A stretch of 64,000 nucleotides of DNA from Eledone cirrhosa. Lineage: Eukaryota. A program made the translations under genes and the position numbers. Positions 63,265-64,000 of this stretch are shown here, piece after piece. The first letter of the stretch is position 1, and each line of letters opens with the position of its first letter. The stretch lies in the NCBI GenBank assembly GCA_964016885.1, contig OZ024742.1, positions 169,818,001-169,882,000 of the forward strand, given 5' to 3'. The notes under the pieces are model-generated. The model was not told where the DNA came from, made no database searches, and saw only the letters and a program-made list of their open reading frames with translations.

Positions 63265-64000
63265 CAAAAGAATACAATTGCAAATAAAAGTGGCAGAAAT
63301 GGGGTTCCTCCGAAGGGTCTTTGGAGTAACGTTACTCGATAAAGTGCATAACTCAGAGACCAGAGAGTCACTCCTGGTAGAGCCGCTACTTCTCCGAATT
63401 GAGAGATCACAACTCCGATATTATGAGCATGTGGTTAGAATGTCTCAGTAAAGAATCGCTGGACACATTTTACAGGCAAAACCAACCGTCAAGAGACCCA
63501 GAGGTAGACCCTGAGCAAGATAGTTGGATAACATCCATGAGCTTGGTTGGTCACGCTTTGGGATCCAGTTGCATTAATTAGAGATGTTTGTTACTGACAC
63601 TCTCGCTGGAAGGAGTGTTTGAGAAGGACCCAGGCCCCCCACGACTCTCTCAGAAATAAGTGGGCGAAGAAGAAGATATTGTCAATTTACTTTTCAATTT
63701 ACATATATATATTTGCGTATAATACCAATATGCACACTACATATGCTAGCAGAAAACCAGCCGAAGGGCGTTTTTACTGCTAGTTTAATTAATTGATCAT
63801 GTAGCATAATTTCTGCACAAGTGAGAGTGGGGATACTCACAAGCCTCTGGCAGTCAAAATGTGTTATGGACTAGATACCATTAGGAGAGAGGATTCTTGA
63901 AGCTTAGGCTGAAAAGATAGATCTCTGTGGGTGGTACATGTTTATGCACCAAACAAGGAGTCCGAATACAGGTCCTTCCTTGATAAAGTAAGAGCAGCAT

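Larger units (their letters stand above)
61630..63675 (+). mobile_element. RTE/Expander(Rex3)-like LINE 3' fragment interrupted by a composite insertion (related piece at ~25340-25720)
   Basis: FKYLG..F.SDG, AEMGFLRRV.GVTLLD, LLRIERSQLR..HVVRM, RPRGRP. Confidence 0.8.

Overview
AT-rich, repeat-dense animal genomic DNA. The SINE/LINE/microsatellite content suggests a mollusc, probably a coleoid cephalopod such as Octopus (inference). There are two host genes, arranged head-to-head around a ~340-bp shared promoter (11329-11670). One is an ANKRA2/RFXANK-family ankyrin gene on the - strand, with 6 coding exons visible (8509->1171) and its 3' end outside the window. The other is a complete 3-exon SERF gene on the + strand (11671-31762, 69 aa). 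The rest is transposon-derived: a near full-length Naiad-type Penelope-like element (PLE) with paired pseudo-LTRs, a second decayed PLE, a full-length RTE/BovB-like LINE, fragments of PHD-containing RTE-like, Tx1/L1, CRE, R4, hAT, Merlin, Helitron and piggyBac-type elements, tRNA-derived SINEs and satellites. The most notable hidden layer is self-cleaving RNA, all read by eye. I found about 9 type-I hammerhead ribozyme motifs. They include a U3-A8 compensatory core variant in both Naiad pLTRs and two unrelated inverted-repeat cassettes that place a hammerhead downstream of its own antisense copy, one of them inside an ANKRA2 intron. There is also a candidate HDV-like ribozyme with an expanded L3 at the 5' end of the RTE LINE. 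None of these folds has been computed or tested.
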